From the human T2T-CHM13v2.0 reference genome, Homo sapiens: a stretch of 64,000 bases of DNA. The notes beneath the pieces are model-generated. The model had not been told where the DNA came from. It did no database searches and worked only from the letters and a program-made list of their open reading frames with translations. Positions within the stretch are counted from its first letter, which is position 1, and each line of letters starts with the position of its first letter. This document shows positions 58,601 to 64,000 of the stretch, one piece after another. A program made the translations under genes and the position numbers. The stretch lies in the NCBI RefSeq assembly GCF_009914755.1, contig NC_060925.1; one strand, given 5' to 3'.

Positions 58601-61600
58601 GAATGCAATCATCATCAAATGGAATCGAATGGAATCATCGAATGGACTCGAATGGAATAATCATTGAACGGAATCGATTGGAATCATCATCGGATGGAAA
58701 CGAATGGAATCATCATCGAATGGAAATGAAAGGAGTCATCATCTAATGGAATTGCATGGAATCATCATAAAATGGAATCGAATGGAATCAACATCAAATG
58801 GAATCAAATGGAATCATTGAACGGAATTGAATGGAATCGTCATCGAATGAATTGACTGCAATCATCGAATGGTCTCGAATGGAACCATCTTCAAATGGAA
58901 TGGAATGGAATCATCGCGTAGAATTGAATGGAATTATCATCGAATGGAATCGAATGGAATCAACATCCAACGGAAAAAAACGGAATTATCGAATGGAATC
59001 GAAGAGAATCATCGAATGGACCCGAATGGAATCATCTAATGGAATGGAATGGAATAATCCATGGACTCGAATGCAATCATCATCGAATGGAATCGAATGG
59101 AATCATCGAATGGACTCGAATGGAATAATCATTGAACGGAATCGAATGGAATCATCATCGGATGGAAATGAATGGAATCATCATCGAATGGAATCGAATA
59201 GAATTATGGAATGAAATCCAGTGTGATCATCATCGAATGGACCCGAATGGAATCATCATCCAACGGAAGCTAATGGAATCAACATCGAATGAATCAAATG
59301 GAAACACCATCGAATTGAAACGAATGGAATTATCATGAAATTGAAATGGATGGACTCATCATCGAATGGATTCGAATGGAATCATCGAATAAAATTGATT
59401 GAAATCATCATCGAATGGAATCGAATGGTATCATTGAATGGAATCGAATGGAATCATCATCAGATGGAAATGAATGGAATCGTCATAGAATGGAATCGAA
59501 TGGATTCATTGAATGGAATCAGATGGAATCATCGAATGGACTGGAATGGAATCATTGAATGGACTCGAAAGGCATCATGATTGAATGGAATTGAATGGAA
59601 TCATCGAATGGTCTCGATTGGAATCATTATCAAATGGAATCGAATGGAATCACCGAATAGAATCGAATGGAACAATCATCGAATGGACTCAAATGGAATT
59701 ATCCTCAAATGGAATCGAATGGAATTATCGAATGCAATCGAATGGAATTATCGAATGCAATCGAATAGAATGATCGAATGGACTCGAATGGAATCATCGA
59801 ATGGAATGGAATGGAACAGTCAATGAACTCGAATGGAATCATCATTGAATGGAATCGAATGGAATCATCGAGTGGAATCGAATGGAATTATGATCAAATG
59901 GAATCGAATGTTATCATCATCAAATGGAATCAAAAATAACCATCATCAATTGGTATTGAATGGAATTGTCATCAAATGGAATTCAAAGGAATCATCATCA
60001 AATGGAACCGAATGGAATCCTCATTGAATGGAAATGAAAGGGGTCATCATCTAATGGAATCGCATGGAATCATCATCAAATGGAATCTAATGGAATCATC
60101 ATCAAATGGAATCTAATGGAATCATTGAACAGAATTGAATGGAATCGTCATCGAATGAATTGAATGCAATCATCGAATGGTCTCGAAAGGAATCATCTTC
60201 TAATGGAAAGGAATGGAATCATCGCATAGAATCGAATGGAATTATCATCGAATGGAATCGAATGGTATCAACACCAAACGGAAAAAAACGGAATTATCGA
60301 ATGGAATCGAAGAGAATCTTCGAACGGACCCGAATGGAATCATCTAATGGAATGGAATGGAATAATCCATGGACTCGAATGCAATCATCATCGAATGGAA
60401 TCGAATGGAATCATCGAATGGACTCGAATGGAATAATCATTGAACGGAATCGAATGGAATCATCATCGGATGGAAACGAATGGAATCATCATCGAATGGA
60501 AATGAAAGGAGTCATCATCTAATGGAATTGCATGGAATCATCATAAAATGGAATCGAATGGAATCAACATCAAATGGAATCAAATGGAATCATTGAACGG
60601 AATTGAATGGAATCGTCATCGAATGAATTGACTGCAATCATCCAATGGTCTCGAATGGAATCATCTTCAAATGGAATGGAATGGAATCATCGCATAGAAT
60701 CGAATGGAATTATCATCGAATGGAATCGAATGGAATCAACATCAAACGGAAAAAAACGGAATTATCGACTGGAATCGAAGAGAATCATCGAATGGACCCG
60801 AATGGAATCATCTAATGGAATGGAATGGAATAATCCATGGACTCGAATGCAATCATCATCGAATGGAATCGAATGGAATCATCGAATGGACTCGAATGGA
60901 ATAATCATTGAACGGAATCGAATGAAATCATCATCGGATGGAAATGAATGGAATCATCATCGAATGGAATCGAATAGAATTATGGAATGAAACCCAGTGT
61001 GATCATCATCGAATGGACCCGAATGGAATCATCATCCAACGGAAGCTAATGGAATCAACATCGAATGAATCGAATGGAAACACCATCGAATTGAAACGAA
61101 TGGAATTATCATGAAATTGAAATGGATGGACTTATCATCGAATGGATTCGAATGGTATCATCGAATAAAATTGATTGAAATCATCATCCAATGGAATCGA
61201 ATGGTATCATTGAATGGAATCGAATGGAATCATCATCAGATGGAAATGAATGGAATCGTCATAGAATGGAATCGAATGGATTCATTGAATGGAATCAGAT
61301 GGAATCATCGAATGGACTGGAATGGAATCATTGAATGGACTCGAAAGGGATCATTATTGAATGGAATTGAATGGAATCATCGAATGGTCTCGATTCAATC
61401 ATTATCAAGTGGAATCGAATGGAATCACCGAATAGAATCGAATGGAACAATCATCGAATGGACTCAAATGGAATTATCCTCCAATGGAATCGAATGGAAT
61501 TATCGAATGCAATCGAATGGAATTATCGAATGCAATCGAATAGAATCATCGAATGGACTCGAATGGAATCATCGAATGGAATGGAATGGAACAGTCAATG

Positions 61601-61807
61601 AACTCGAATGGAATCATCATTGAATGGAATCGAATGGAATCGAATGGAATCATCGAGTGGAATCGAATGGAATTATGATCAAATGGAATCGAATGTAATC
61701 ATCATCAAATGGAATCAAAAATAACCATCATCAATTGGTATTGAATGGAATTGTCATCAAATGGAATTCAAAGGAATCATCATCAAAAGGAACCGAATGG
61801 AATCCTC

Positions 61808-63223
61808 ATTGAATGGAAATGAAAGGGGTCATCATCTAATGGAATCGCAGGGAATCAACATCAAATGGAATCGAATGGAATCATCATCAAATGGAATCTA
61901 ATGGAATCATTGAACAGAATTGAATGGAATCGTCATCGAATGAATTGAATGCAATCTTCGAATGGTCTCGAATGGAATCATCTTCTAATGGAAAGGAATG
62001 GAATCATCGCATAGAATCGAATGGAATTATCATCGAATGGAATCGAATGGTATCAACACCAAACGGAAAAAAACGGAATTATCGAATGGAATCGAAGAGA
62101 ATCTTCGAACGGACCCGAATGGAATCATCTAATGGAATGGAATGGAATAATGCATGGACTCGAATGCAATCATCATCGAATGGAATCGAATGGAATCATC
62201 GAATGGACTCGAATGGAATAATCATTGAACGGAATCGATTGGAATCATCATCGGATGGAAACGAATGGAATCATCATCGAATGGAAATGAAAGGAGTCAT
62301 CATCTAATGGAATTGCATGGAATCATCATAAAATGGAATCGAATGGAATCAACATCAAATGGAATCAAATGGAATCATTGAACGGAATTGAATGGAATCG
62401 TCATCGAATGAATTGACTGCAATCATCGAATGGTCTCGAATGGAATCATCTTCAAATGGAATGGAATGGAATCATCGCATAGAATCGAATGGAATTATCA
62501 TCGAATGGAATCGAATGGAATCAACATCAAACGGAAAAAAACGGAATTATCGAATGGAATCGAAGAGAATCATCGAATGGACCCGAATGGAATCATCTAA
62601 TGGAATGGAATGGAATAATCCATGGACTCGAATGCAATCATCATCGAATGGAATCGAATGGAATCATCGAATGGACTCGAATGGAATAATCATTGAACGG
62701 AATCGAATGGAATCATCATCGGATGGAAACGAATGGAATCATCATCGAATGGAAATGAAAGGAGTCATCATCTAATGGAATTGCATGGAATCATCATAAA
62801 ATGGAATCGAATGGAATCAACATCAAATGGAATCAAATGGAATCATTGAACGGAATTGAATGGAATCGTCATCGAATGAATTGACTGCAATCGTCGAATG
62901 GTCTCGAATGGAATCATCTTCAAATGGAATGGAATGGAATCATCGCATAGAATCGAATGGAATTATCATCGAATGGAATCGAATGGAATCAACATCAAAC
63001 GGAAAAAAACGGAATTATCGAATGGAATCGAAGAGAATCATCGAATGGACCCGAATGGAATCATCTAATGGAATGGAATGGAATAATCCATGGACTCGAA
63101 TGCAATCATCATCGAATGGAATCGAATGGAATCATCGAATGGACTCGAATGGAATAATCATTGAACGGAATCGAATGGAATCATCATCGGATGGAAATGA
63201 ATGGAATCATCATCGAATGGAAT
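61808..63223 (+). repeat. Second copy of the A, B/A, B triplicated-subunit unit
   Basis: Anchors 61924, 62392 and 62860. The gcaatcgtcg and taatgcatgg markers are shared with the 44706 unit at offset 17218. Confidence 0.92.
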
Positions 63224-64000
63224 CGAATAGAATTATGGAATGAAATCCAGTGTGATCATCATCGAATGGACCCGAATGGAATCATCATCCAACGGAAGCT
63301 AATGGAATCAACATCGAATGAATCGAATGGAAACACCATCGAATTGAAACGAATGGAATTATCATGAAATTGAAATGGATGGACTCATCATCGAATGGAT
63401 TTGAATGGAATCATCGAATAAAATTGATTGAAATCATCATCGAATGGAATCGAATGGTATCATTGAAAGGAATCGAATGGAATCATCATCAGATGGAAAT
63501 GAATGGAATCGTCATAGAATGGAATCGAATGGATTCATTGAATGGAATCAGATGGAATCATCGAATGGACTGGAATGGAATCATTGAATGGACTCGAAAG
63601 GGATCATGATTGAACGGAATTGAATGGAATCATCGAATGGTCTCGATTTGAATCATTATCAAATGGAATCGAATGGAATCACCGAATAGAATCGAATGGA
63701 ACAATCATCGAATGGACTCAAATGGAATTATCCTCCAATGGAATCGAATGGAATTATCGAATGCAATCGAATGGAATTATCGAATGCAATCGAATGGAAT
63801 TATCGAATGCAATCGAATAGAATCATCGAATGGACTCGAATGGAATCATCGAATGGAATGGAATGGAACAGTCAATGAACTCGAATGGAATCATCATTGA
63901 ATGGAATCGAATGGAATCATCGAGTGGAATCGAATGGAATTATGATCAAATGGAATCGAATGTAATCATCATCAAATGGAATTAAAAATAACCATCATCA

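Larger units (their letters stand above)
1..64000 (+). repeat. Human satellite II (HSat2) tandem array, single orientation, continuing beyond both window edges
   Basis: The entire sequence is built from GAATGGAATC, GAATGGAATCATC and GAATGGAATCATCATC words with dense TCGA (reverse complement CATTCGATTC), the signature of HSat2 rather than the simpler (CATTC)n HSat3. No non-satellite segment was seen. Confidence 0.98.
60..64000 (+). repeat. About 35 tandem copies of a 1,776-bp unit, consistent with the chr1q12 HSat2A2 / D1Z1 1.77-kb EcoRI repeat
   Basis: Equivalent anchor positions: 220, 1973, 3749, 5525, 7278, 9054, 10830, 12583, 14336, 16112, 17888, 19664, 21440, 23193, 24946, 26722, 28717, 30493, 32269, 34043, 35819, 37595, 39369, 41145, 42921, 44706, 46973, 48749, 50498, 52421, 54197, 56587, 58363, 60139, 61924. 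Modal spacing is 1776; variants are 1753, 1774, 1749, 1785, 1923, 1995, 2267 and 2390. One conserved GAATTC per unit (60, 1813, ...). The chr1 assignment rests on the known ~1.77-kb period. Confidence 0.9.
40790..64000 (+). repeat. Higher-order domain 3: 17,218-bp offset repeat spanning nine units; ~40790-46782 recurs at ~58008-64000
   Basis: 41145/58363, 42921/60139, 44706/61924 and 46402/63620 are all offset by 17218. Private variants are shared (ggaaaggaaagg, cgcgtagaattg, aaggcatc, 10-bp insertion, 468 triplication, triple 23-mer, ggaattaaaaa). Confidence 0.9.

Noticed and set aside
220-63900. Repeated 60-135 aa ORFs (MESSSNELNAIIEWSRMESS..., MELSSNGIEW...) as a tandem gene family
   Set aside because: They arise because GAATGGAATC(ATC)n supplies ATG often and stops rarely. 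They overlap in several frames with the same words, stops and frameshifts appear freely between copies (e.g. 32502, 34276, 37828), and there is no domain-like sequence.
1-64000. CRISPR-like array of 23-26 bp repeats
   Set aside because: There are no unique spacers; the intervening sequence is the same satellite and the whole pattern repeats every 1,776 bp. No cas genes are present.
1-64000. HSat3 / (GGAAT)n simple satellite or telomere-like repeat
   Set aside because: Pure GGAAT runs reach only about three copies. The dominant words contain TCGA and ATC triplets, which define HSat2.
1-64000. Inversions, L1/Alu insertions or other foreign inserts
   Set aside because: No CATTC-strand segment, poly-A tail or non-satellite sequence was seen. 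All unit-length anomalies are explained by internal duplications or deletions.

Overview
The whole 64-kb window is one uninterrupted, single-orientation array of human Satellite II (HSat2; GGAAT/GAATGGAATC strand on +, CATTCGATTC strand on -). It holds about 35 tandem copies of a 1,776-bp unit carrying one conserved EcoRI site. That period is typical of the chromosome 1q12 HSat2A2/D1Z1 '1.77-kb' array; this assignment is inferred from period and sequence style, not from a search. I see no genes, RNA genes, transposons or CRISPR arrays, and all listed ORFs are translations of the satellite. I found no credible new gene-based system. The real information is in the nested repeat architecture. 10/13/16-mers build 23/26-mers, and each unit holds a 468-bp internal duplication. 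Above the unit level there are three adjacent domains with different higher-order periods: about 7,058/10,610 bp (1-28 kb), 5,326 bp (30.5-41 kb) and 17,218 bp (40.8-64 kb). There are also local rearrangements (219-bp and 147-bp duplications, two independent triplications of the 468-bp subunit, a 23-bp copy-number hotspot) and a recurrent patch of divergent HSat2 sequence. Unit spacings come from the repeated ORF start coordinates and were spot-checked by eye. Variant lists are by eye and not exhaustive.
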